Shown here: one piece after another, positions 10,743 through 22,405 of the stretch
How positions within the stretch are numbered: position 1 is the stretch's first letter
How the letters are laid out: every line of letters begins with the position of its first letter
Assembly (NCBI GenBank): GCA_964106645.2
Contig: OZ067038.1
DNA length: 64,000 nt
DNA from: Podarcis pityusensis
Lineage: Eukaryota
Strand: one strand, 5' to 3'
Notes under the pieces: generated by a model
Databases searched by the model: none
The model's input: only the letters and a program-made list of their open reading frames with translations
What the model was told of the DNA's origin: nothing
Program-made: the position numbers and the translations under genes

Positions 10743-11509
10743 CAGATAATCCACTAGACATTTAAACAACTTTATATTTACAATTCTGCTTCACATAATT
10801 TTACAAAAGTAGGTCTAGATGCATTTCTTTCCATCTGGCAGCAGGGGGCAGTAGGCAGTGAAGAATCTGATCTCAAAAAGCCCACTTCTGCTTAAAATAA
10901 AAGCTAAAACGAAATATGTCCAAGACGTTTGCTGCCCTAGAGTTATGAATTTATCAGATAGAAGAAGAACTGTCAGAGAGAATTTGTAAACCGTCTTTTC
11001 TAAACAGGAGCTTTCACGAAATACAAGGAGAAAGCTAAATGAATAATAAAGCAAAATTGAGGCTACTGTTACAACAGTGCATTTGTAAGAGCATCTCCGT
11101 GTGTGTACAGAAAAGTACAGCTCTGGTTTAAATTCCACACTAAAGTTCAGGGGGGAAAACTTCTGCTAGCTGACTTCTTCAGTGGAACTGACTTGGGCAG
11201 CTATAGATTAATGGAACTATGCTGGCTATGCGGTGATCACAATTATTACGAGACAGCTTGACTGTTTGAAGTTTCCATTAAGCATAATGGAAAAACATAG
11301 TGATAGAGCTTATATAGTGACAGTTGTCATGGGCCTTGAACCTATCTTACATTTCTCTGTTATCATCCCTAACACTCCCTGCCACCTCCCACTAATCTCA
11401 GGTAAACAGGCCTGTGCCTGGAAAGACAGACCCCTCTCCACTCAAAAAACTCCTACCACAAACTTTGTTGGGAGTCTCCACTTCTGTGTGCTAAATATTA
11501 GTAGCTAGA

Positions 11510-11915
11510 AGGAGGAATGGACAATTCTAGGGATTTTGTTTCTCTCTGTTTTTCCCAATTTTAAATTCACTTCTTCGCATTTCCACACCCATCTGTGTTT
11601 TTTTAAAAAAAAAGAAAAGTCAGCATGAAAATGCACGTGTATTTTTCTGTGCATTTCACTTAATGTATGCTTTTTGTACACAATTTTATCTAATGTGCAT
11701 ATTTTTTTGCGAGCAACTTCTGCTGACTCTTGCACATTAAGTTCAGTAATATAAACCCTTTGGTGTGCACATTCCCCAAATAGTCATTTTTATACAACAC
11801 TTTTTGTTTTTCATAATACAGTACAGGGAACTGTTAATTCTGTTGGATAGCTGTATTTCGCATTTTGGAAGTGTGAACTGGGGTAGTTCACCATTAATGC
11901 AATACACCAATAACT
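11510..11915. mobile_element. Old AT-rich non-autonomous DNA-transposon-like repeat (related copies about 17540-17790 and 20050-20340)
   Basis: Recurrent TGCATTTT/AAAATGCA motifs and shared CATTTCCACA.....ATCTG and GAAGTGTGAAC-type segments. Confidence 0.4.
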
Positions 11916-14900
11916 TGTAACAACTTTCAGAACAGCATTTCTTTCTGAAAATGAATGAACATATATTTTCAAGCAGATGACATCCTGGGTTTCAAACAGT
12001 ACACCTGAAAGGTAATGCAAACTGAAAACTTGCTTAATTATTTTTGAGAGGTGCGTAGAGGCAGGAAGGCTAAACCATCTATGGCTGTATAATGGGTTCC
12101 ATATCTCTTCTGTGGGTATAAGTGGAAGGCTAGCAGTAGACTGAAGAGGTAAGCTGGCTGGCAGCTTAGCATATATAGGTTGAGACAAATCGATAGCAAA
12201 AGAGAAAGCCTGAGAACAGCAAGGTCGTGTTAAGGTATGGCCTGCAGCTTCAAAGTTCAGAATGTCCCTAATGAAAGTCACAAATATTTCATACCTTTTA
12301 TGCATTGAGAATCTTTGGTTTGGCATGTGTAGAAATCTCCCTACAGTCCTGAGTGTCAACAGGGCCTCTCTCACTTCCAAAGCAGAGTTTGGTCTACTAA
12401 AGATGAAATGTTGCAGATCAAGATAATCCCAGGACAACTAAAGTTTGACATTAAAGCACCCCCCCCTTTATATTATTAGCTTTTTCAATCATAGCTGCTT
12501 CGGCTGAGTAACACAACTCTTACGTTTAAAAGACATCAGATTGTTTACAGAGTTTTCCTTTCATGAATGGAGGGTGTTTTTCTTTCCACTCACATAAGGG
12601 ATTGCAATTCAGGGGTAGCTCCCACTGGAGAAAGGAAAGTGTGATTTTTACTGACTCCCTTTTGCCCCTGAAGCTCCTCACACCACTTCGGAGGGGTCTC
12701 CAAGCTCCTGGAGCAACTTTTCAGCAGACACAAGGGGGCAAATGAACAATAGTAAAAATTGTAAAAATACAAAGCTCAGGTCAGGGAAGTCCTTAGTCCC
12801 GGTCAGGGACTTCCTTAGCTTATCTTAGGTATCTTGATAAAACTGAGGGATGCAGGTATTCTTTTAGGTATGCAGTGTAAGACTCAATAAATCACATCGA
12901 AAGCATGAATTGAGTAGTGGCTGAAACAATATAAGGTGTCAGCTGAAGCTTCAGGGAAGTAATGAATCATGATGAGCAAACTCAGAGTAGCCTTGCATTT
13001 TATTCAGGCTTTTTTGAGCCCTCTCTTAGAATACTTGGGGAGAGCTTTGTGGGTGGTATTTTTGTTTTGTTCTGCTTTGAGAAAGCTGAAGGTGCCTGCC
13101 ACCTTCCCCCCACCAATTCCTTTCATCTGTCCAAGCAAACCTATGCGGAAGAATGGAATGATCTAGCAGTGCAGAGGAGTTACTACAGACAGAACATGCC
13201 TGGTAGAATTGCACCCTTTAGGCTTCAGGGTGCCTGAGCAGTACTCCTTCTAGAGGAACCTCTTTCAGCTTGAGGGCTGCGTTCCCTTGCAGGCAACTTC
13301 CTAGGGCAGAGGCGGGTTTAGGACAGCATGACTGGTTCCGCCACACTGGGTGCCAAACCTAGGGGGCGCCGCAGAGCATTCCAAGTATGACATAGTGGAT
13401 TAAGCAGAACGGAAGGCAGAATCTGAAAGACCAAAGTCCATCCTTACCCAGGGCCTGTGTGCCCATGGAGGGGAGGGCCAAAGCCTGGAATTGGTGGGAC
13501 CTATACCACATAAAAACCTTTATATTCCATTCACACTCTTCCCCCATTCATACGCTTACATCCACCCACCCACTTACCTAAGGAGCAATCTCTTCCATCA
13601 TGGGCAGCTCTGTAGTAGGATGGTCAGCAGCCACTCAAAGGTTACGCTGCTCATCAGATTAGCAGTAAAGTCACTGGCTTCTCACGTGCTTCTCTCTGGC
13701 TTCTCTCAAAACCCTGCTGTTTTGCAGCCCATGGAAGGGCAGAAGAAGTGGCAAGGCTCACCATGCCCAGAGTGGCAAGTGGTTCAGCTTGCTGAGTCAT
13801 AAATAGTAGAGATCTGGGCTTGCCAATATAGGATTTTCACCATATGGACCAATTGTTCTACAAGTACATCATTTATTCTTGCGATTCAGCAAAGCCTAGT
13901 GTAACTGCTACAATTGTCTACTTAAAGCAGCGTGCCTGGGATGCCCTTGCAGTTATGAAATGGACGAGAAACCTTCTTTTGGGGGGCTAGATTTTCTTTG
14001 CTTTATTTTTAAATTCTTTGAGAAATATTCATTCAGCTGACATTTTATTCTGCAACAGTACATAAATCTCTCTCTTCCCCCCTTCTCGGTTTGGAAGCGC
14101 ATACCTCAAGGTTTGACGATGTGTCAAAATTAATTGAGAATGCTTTAATTTAATCAAGTTCAGTTCATTAGGCAAACATTTAAATTATTAATTTAAATAC
14201 TAGGGTAGTTCAATAACATTTATGACAGTAACAAATACAAAAACATCTTCTTCTCAAAGCCTGATTTCTCAGAGATGCACAGCTCAGTAGGTTGCTGTAA
14301 TTACCATTGTACATGAGCAAATAGTTTTCTTCTTCTTTGCCAGTGTTTAAACTTTTTAGGGCTGCCATTTGAGTGGGATTTCCTTCTGATTATATATGCA
14401 TAGGATTGTGCTGTTAACAAATGTTACGAGCTCATAAATGTTACATACAAAACAATAGCAGGAGGGGAAATGAATTGTTGAACTGAAGCAGCAATAATAT
14501 ATCCAGGAGGTCAGGGCATGGAAATTTAACACGTATGTAGGAATGCCTGCCATGACAGAAAGGTTTGTCAAATTCTATATTCAAGAACGCATTTACCGTG
14601 ATATGTTTTATCATTCTAAACTGCTTTGCAATGAGGGGGTGGAGGATCCAGAATTCAGGTCAAGTATTACGGTTTTGTCAGAGTGGAACTGAATCCTGGC
14701 CTGCTAATCTAAAATCTACCAGCCATTTAGAAGCCTGATGCTTAATCTCAACAGACATGTGTGGGGTGGGATAACTGGCTGCTCCCATTCCTGCTAATCC
14801 CTGCTCCCTAATTATCATTTCCTGCCTGTGAACACAAAGATCCTAGTTCCCTTGGCCTTCGGATTTAGTTTAGGAATCTAAATCAATTACCCATCTCAAG

Positions 14901-16002
14901 TGCCTAGGCAAGAAATCACACTCATCTTGACCCACCAGAAGAGCATCATTCCCAGTTACTGAGAGGCCAGCATGGCCTGATTATAACTTAGTCCTCCCAG
15001 TTACAATTAACTTCTGCCTTGTCTCAAACATTGCTTAGGAAGGGGGAGACTAATGGGGCCTGTGTTTTATTCTTGAATTTGAGGGGGGTTAGCTTTCATG
15101 AAGAAAATTAGCATGCCTTTTAAAAATAGTTTTCAATGAACAATTTTAAAAAATGGTTTTCAAGGCAAGCTGACAGAAATTTGCTCATCACTCCTATAAT
15201 TTCTAATTTTAGAATATCTTGATGTTTCTTCATTTTACAAAACTGTTTACTTAGATATTAGGCTGCAGCTTTTTACACTGAATTATCACCCAGCATGGAA
15301 ATAGCCTGTTTTCCTATTTACTATGCAGAATACAAAAATATTTAAGAAAATAGTCTATATGCTTCTTTAAAAATGGAAAAAAATCCATATCATAAAATAG
15401 AGTTAGGATCATTAATAATTCTTTGTGCCTTGCCTTCTCTGTCAGGAACCATGCTTTCCTTTGAGTATTAAAATTATTTTGCAATGAATATTTGACACAG
15501 CTCATAATTTGCAAAAATGCACGAGCAGTATGTGTTTCATTGCAAATTTTGTGCCAAACTTGACCTATGCTATAATGATTTTTTTCTCTCTCTCCAAGAT
15601 TTTTCCATGATTGGAAGCAAAATAGCCTTTTGTGAATTAATGGAGAGAGCTTTGATTAATAAATAATGTGTGAGATATTAAATAATAATGGTATGATTAC
15701 ACATATGACTCCTGTGCCCACACCCAAAAAGAACCATATAGAACTCAACGAAGCCTTCTTCTACATTCTGTGCTCATGCATGGGCTCATGGGTAGTTGAC
15801 TAGGACAGTCTGAGGAAAAGGAGGTCTGTGCACACCTTTCATATCCCCATCCTGCCCACCTCCTCTACTTGATTAAGTCATGTGAGCTCCAGACCTGGGT
15901 CAGCTTGATGAAGCAGAGAAAGCAGGCTGTATGGGGGACATGGAAGGCGCACACACAAACCCCCCTTTCTGCTGACTGCACAAAGCCAACCTTCTTATTT
16001 AG

Positions 16003-16735
16003 CAAAGTGAGGCAGATGCTCACCGAGGCAAGACGGTTTGAGCATAAAGTGCCAATCCTGGCCCGACTGCACTGGCTGCCAATTAGTTTTGGCGCCCAAT
16101 TCAAAGTACTGGTTTTGATGTATAAACCCTTATATGACTCAGGTACACATTATCTCAAGGACTGCCTCTGTCCATATGAACTGACCTGGTCCCTGCGGCG
16201 ATCACCATCTGAGGCCGTTCTTCAAGTGTCCAGGGGCAACATGAGAACAGACCTTTTCTGCGGTGGCTCCTTGCTTGTGGAAATCCTCTTCCCAGGGAGG
16301 CTCACCTGGGGCCTAAAGTTATGTAACAAAGACACTAGGCAAAAACATTCCTCTTCTCCCAGGCTTTTGGCTAATTAAACACTACAGTGGTACCTCGGGT
16401 TAAGTACTTAATTCGTTCTGGAGGTCCGTACTTAACCTTAAACTGTTCTTAACCTGAAGCACCACTTTAGCTAATGGGGCCTCCTGCTGCTGCTGCGCCG
16501 CCGGAGCATGATTTCTGTTCTCATCCTGAAGCAAAGTTCTTAACCTGAAGCACTATTTCTGGGTTAGAGGAGTCTGTAACCTGAAGCGTATGTAACCTGA
16601 GGTACCACTGTATGTGGCATTTTAAACTATGGGAGGTATTGTTTTTGTTTGCTACTATATTACATATTTTTGTGCTGCCATGTGATACTTGGATGAAGGG
16701 CAGTATAGAAATTTAATTAATGATAATAATAATGC
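16003..16735 (+). mobile_element. L2 LINE 3' fragment interrupted by a MITE
   Basis: Translation HKVPILARLHWLPISFGAQFKVLVLMYKPLYDSGTHYLKDCL is a typical L2 ORF2 C-terminus; tail GAAGGGCAGTATAGAAAT..(TAA)n at about 16695-16735. Confidence 0.85.
16385..16610. mobile_element. Tc1/mariner (Tigger/pogo-like) MITE, copy 1
   Basis: TIRs CAGTGGTACCTC / GAGGTACCACTG, TA duplication on both sides. Confidence 0.93.
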
Positions 16736-19700
16736 GTCAGGCTGAAGATGGAAGTGGCAGCAAGATGTTGGAAGAAAGAGCTGGATGTGCCACATAGCTT
16801 GTATGTACTGCAACTTCTAAGCTAGCTCTCAAGTGCAGAAGAGGATGCTGTCCTATCACTAGTGCTGAAACAAAATTCTTTAAGTTGCCATCTTCTCCTT
16901 CACCTTTGGCAACACAATGTCTTGTGCTGGCCCTGTCAATGCGTGTATAACAACAGGCAGAGAAGGAAGAAATAGGATTCTGCTGAGCTCTGTGGGAATC
17001 TGCACAAGCAAATAATACCTCCAATGTTTGCAGCTCAAAAACATGGTTGGTTGAGGAAGGTATACCACTGATATTATGATGATATTGGCATTCAGATGAA
17101 ATACACAGTGCCAAATGAATTTCAACAAGCTGCTGCAAAATACTTTAAACTGACATGGGCGGTGAACCAGATGCTTCCCAGGGAAATACAAAATAGGTGT
17201 GGTTGAGGTATATGGACAATGACATGTGATTCCTGAGGTGCCCAATCTTGCACTAAGGAGTGATACAGGATCTTCAGTAGCTGTGTAGCCTTACCAGCCA
17301 TTGTCCATAACTTCTGGTAGCAACTGCAAGTCTCTCAATGCAAACTTCAAAGAATTGTGTCCAGTGCTGACACTTACAGTGCTGACACTTTGTTAATGCA
17401 CGGCTAAACATAGTGCAGCATGGGTTTGGTACAACTTACTGTTGTCCACTATCTTTCAACCAAAAACAGAAGACAATGATAGCATGTTCCAGAGATGGCA
17501 TTTCATAACATAGATCCAGCGGGATTTTGTAAGATAGATTGATCGATAGGAGTTCTGCACATTTTTAGCTAAATTTAAATCCCACATTTCTTTAAATTGC
17601 AATCATTTACTATTAAAATACACATTTCATGACGTTTCTTTATTTAAATAAATGTGTGTTTAATTATTTAAAATGAAGATTAAAAATGCCCTTTTATATT
17701 ATTTTGAAGTGCCCTTTTGAGTTCATTCCTCCTCCCAGTGAAAATTCATTTAAAAAACCCTGGTTTCCTGTGACCTCAATCTGGGATAGGCAATCACATG
17801 TTTACCAAGTATGAATTCATGGTGGCTTTACTGCTCAAACAATCTAGACTGTCCTCACCCTCGATGACACAAGTGCATCTTTAAAAGCTCAAATGATCAA
17901 GCTTTTCCAACAGCATGATTTTCTCAATTTCCTTTTGTCTTTTTGCAATACTTCTCCAATAACATTGCAGAACTGTAGGAATGTAATATTATTATTTTTT
18001 CAGCAAGAGACTAAATCCTCTGTGCTCTTAAGAAAAGCAAAACAACCAACTTCTAGCTTTCCCCACAATTAAAAGTAAAATAGATAACAAATATAACTAA
18101 AGTGAGTTTGGGTATTAAATCTTTTTGCAATCTTTGTTCCTCAGTTAACTGGTTTAAGAGATTCCATTATTGAAAACAGGTTTTAAAAGCACAAAAAGCC
18201 TTTCTTTGCACAGTGGGGTTTTTTTAATCTAGTCCTATATTACAGGTATAATAATGTCTTCTTTTATCTCTCTATTTAATATTTTTATTTCTCTTTGATA
18301 AGATTTCTGTTGAAGTAATATAAATGATTAATGTGAGAAATAGACAGTACTTTTTCAAATCACACAAAAAAACACAGAATACTGGGCATTTTATTTTCAT
18401 TTATTTGCACCAGATTATTCAGAAATAAAGATATTGATTCCTACTGTTAATGAGTTACATTTGCTTTGTTAGGTACAGAGTAAGAGAGACCCATATAATC
18501 ACTCAGTGCTACGATTGGTACTATTTGTGTTTTGTTGCATATACTATTTATGATGTCATCCTAAGTTTGTGGGGGGTGGAGCAAAGGCAAGTGCCTCTCC
18601 CCATCAGGGCAGAGATAACGGTAGAGAAGTACTCTTGCACTCCTCCATCTGTTTTGCATCTTCCTGCTTTTTGTTTCAAGAAGATGGGATGCTGGGCTAA
18701 ATTTCTTCCCGATTTGGGGACATATCTGGTCCCTAACACCAGCAATACATAGGCAGGCAGGAACAAGTAGGTGAGATAGGAAGGAATGCACCATATAATT
18801 ACACTTCTTTCTCTCCCTCCTTCAAAAGTCCTTCTTTCTGCAGCAAATATCCAAGCCACCACCAGCACACTGGTGAGTGAGCAAGTGGGAAGGAAATGAG
18901 GACAGGGATGAAGCGATCCCTGCTATTGTTTTCTTCACTCCTGCTACTCAAAATCACTTCTGGGCAACAATATAAGCCCTCACCCCATTACCATCTTTTG
19001 AGTCCAAACACCTTAAAAGAGGCAAACAGGCCTACCTTTGGCTACAACCACCTTCCTGACTAACTCAGAATTCCCTCCAAAAATAAGGGGAGATTATTAT
19101 TTCACAGTCAAACAGATTGTAAGGGGACGAGCCATTGTGACTCCTTGAACTGCTCTGCAAAGCAATATGAAGCCCGTGTCTCTTACTTCAGAAATATCTT
19201 GTTTCCAGTCAGGTTGGTACCTTGCACATTTTGATTCATAACTTGGGAGGGCTAGAGACTTGCTTTTCTAAAAAGTAAAGCTAAGACTTTAACCATCCCG
19301 CTCCCTGCAAGCATGCAATTGTTCCAGTTGCACCATGGATAATCTAGCCTTGGGTTCTTGGGTACAGAAGAATGAGTCAAGTCACCTCAGCGTTCTTAAG
19401 TGCTTTGGTAACAAAGGTATGCCACTTTGGGCTGAGAAGCAGGGACAGAGAGGGGTGTGGCCTGGAGAGAGTTTTGAATGGCAGATAGAGAGGCCAGGAG
19501 GGCTATGTTCAGCGCTTGGGCCTGAAGTTCCTCACCTCTGCAGAAAAACAAATCAGGATCCAGGTAGAATAAGCCCCAAACCAGGGTGGTGGAATATTCT
19601 AAAAAGAAGCTCAAATGCCATTGAACATCTGAGAGAACAGGATGGGTTTCACCAGGCATATAAAGGACCACAATGAAGATGCCAGGCGAAGATACTTAGG

Positions 19701-19920
19701 GAGGTGGTTTCAACCTTGGTTAGCCATCCCTGAGAATATCATCTCACCATTAGCCAGGCAGCTAACCTCTCAGAGTGCGGAAACCCAGAGAAGGGCTTCT
19801 GATTTGCCTGGTGGGTTCATAAGGAGAACTATAAAATGAGAAAATCACAAGGAATAAAGGTTATGAGGGAATTTCCATGGCTACACTGGCAGCTCTTCCG
19901 AGGTGCAGCAGACCCTCGCC

Positions 19921-19967
19921 TCATTGATTTTACCAGTTCTGTCATTGATTTTACCAGTTCTGTCATT
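19921..19967. repeat. 21-bp tandem duplication
   Basis: TCATTGATTTTACCAGTTCTG x2 plus TCATT. Confidence 0.9.
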
Positions 19968-21225
19968 CTACAGAGGAGTGGAATACAATGTGGAAGAATC
20001 AGAAAGGACACTGCTTAGGAAACATATGCCTCAGGATTGATAAAACAGGCTTTTCCCAGACTGTATCAATTTCCCACATGTTCATTCATAAGTCTGTCAT
20101 GTCCCTGCATTAATCTGCAATTTTTTATCTCCACAAACAGTTTCTTTAAATATGTATTTTAAAATGTATTTATAAACATATTTTATCTCAGAGTACACAT
20201 ATCTAAAAGCATTTTATTATAAAATTTGCATTTTTAAATGTATTTTGGCATGCCTTTGAGCCCAGAATTGCATCACAACATTTGGTGAAATGAGAGGTCT
20301 GATTTATATGTTAGTTCAGGAGGTGTTAGTTCAGTTTTTGCACAGGAGTTCTCAAAGACAGCAAGCACTTCTTCAGCAATACCTGGATCTTGGTCATTCC
20401 CATGCACAGCATTTCTCAATGAAAATGTGTAGGGTGTCACTGCAGCTACTGTTTACATGATCCCTTAACCTAGAATGAATGAGAGGTGACTCTAGTCCCT
20501 GACCTGTCATGGTTGTTGACTCTTTTTCAACTCACTGATACTTTTGATTCATCACTTGAATGTATACTACAGGCCAGGGGTTGTAATCTCAAGTTAGTTG
20601 ACTGTACAAACAGAACCTTAATAGTCCCAATGTTTTTTCAGTATGATTTCTAGAGCAAACACATATGTTCTGCCTTTCACTTTTACAAGCAGGGACACCA
20701 CTAGTTACTTAAAGGACTCAAGCTCCATCATACCAATTTGCATACAATTTTCATATACTAACTTATATGCATAGATGTAAATTTCAGTTGACATTAAAAG
20801 AGGGGGAAAACTGGACTGTGTCCTCAATCCCAAAATGAAGGCTTAAGAGAACAGATTTGATATCAATGTTATATACATTTAGTGCACTTTTTTGTGATTA
20901 TAGTCACAGGTATGGAGTACTGACACCTCCTTTTTTGCTCCTCATGACAGCCATTTTGGACTGGTGCCCATGACGCTTTTATAAAGAGCAATAGCACCTC
21001 ATTTTTTAACACCCCCCCCCAAAGAGACCACTTTATCGTTTAATAATATAACATGTGGATCTGTGCCAATAGTTCGGCTTAACAAGTGTAGACAGCTGCA
21101 GAGGCACCAGGTTGCCCCCACGATTGGGGAACCTGACACTCATTGTGCATGCAAAATCACGCATGCAACACGTGCCGTGTGTGTGATGTCTCACACATTA
21201 TATGCATGTGATGATGCAAACACAA

Positions 21226-21659
21226 TGTTAGAGTAACTGAGAAAGAGCCATTAGTTTCCAGGAACTGTGATAAGATTCTTGAAGCATCGAGGTGCAATAT
21301 TATTTAGTCTATAGCAGCTATAAATAGCTGTGGACTTGTGTGATTCCTACAGAGGAGAGAAGCTGAGCCGAGGGCAGGCAGCTTGTTCGACTGAAGTGTG
21401 CCTTACTATCTGTGTGGTAGAAAAGTTGTAAATATTCTTCTACCAGCAAGATTGTCGATGCCTGTCAATTAAACAATGCTTGACTGAACTTTACTACTTC
21501 CATGAGTGTTTTACTGACATCGTCTGTGCACAACTTGAACCTTCAACACTTAAGCTGCGTGAGTGTTACTCTGCTAAGCAAGGGAGCTAGCATACATGCA
21601 AGGAAGTGTTGCTGGACCACCCTCAAGATGTAAGGTTGAAGATCGTAATATCTTCTTCA
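21226..21659 (+). mobile_element. Solo LTR (434 bp)
   Basis: TG...CA termini, flanks CACAA/TACAA (5-bp TSD, 1 mismatch), TATA box CTATAAATAG at about 21318, ATTAAA at about 21468; inserted in a GC-rich MITE-like sequence (about 21098-21824). Confidence 0.65.
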
Positions 21660-21996
21660 TACAATGTTTGCGTGACACAGGATGCCAAGTGCTCTGGAGG
21701 AGCCGGCCACTGGATCAGTGCACAACATGTACAGGGCCACCTGAAGATTGAGGGGGCCTGGTGTCCTTAAAACAAATATTGAGGGGGCCAAGGTGCCTTT
21801 GACCCCGTAGAGTTGGCATGCCTGGACAACTGTAATCTGCAGAGATAGCATGGGCAGACCTGCTGCCTGCTGCCAAGGCCAAAACCACCCCAAGAGTGTC
21901 CCACCATTCTAAATGGCATGATGGGACTCCACAATGTCCATCTCCCTTGAAAAAGGAGCATTGGGTGTATGTAACCATATTGGCAACCCTAACCCC

Positions 21997-22405
21997 TACT
22001 GTTAAGTATAAAGCAGATGGCACCCACCAGACCCCCAAGAGCCATTAAAAGGAACAACACCCGTCCATGATAAGGCAATCTAATTAAGGATAGTGTGGAA
22101 AAAGGTGCACCAAAGACCAATTGAGGTGGACCCTGACAATTCATAACCACCCCCCACCCCACCTCCCGGGTGGAAGAGCTGGATGCTGCAAATAGCAAGA
22201 GAGATATGTGATGATGGGGGTACCACTTTTTATAGGGCATACCAACCCCCATGCTGATTGGCCAAACAGTCCATGTGACTGCCTCCCTCACCATTTCCTT
22301 CAGAAACAACCCTATTGAGACTCTCTCCTCATTAAATGCCCGCCCCGTCAGAGTGGTAAAAATGTCATAGTGGGTTCCTACGGGTATTTCACTGCATGAG
22401 GTGGA
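21997..22405 (-). mobile_element. LTR-like fragment, possibly related to the 42601-43358 element
   Basis: Minus strand has CCAATCAG, then CTATAAAAAG, then an AATT...ATTGG...TTTTT hairpin motif; shares a TCTGAC...GGGCGGG motif with 43169-43187. Ends not defined. Confidence 0.4.

Noticed and set aside
15869-16378. 169-aa ORF as a gene
   Set aside because: L2 ORF2 remnant fused to flanking sequence.
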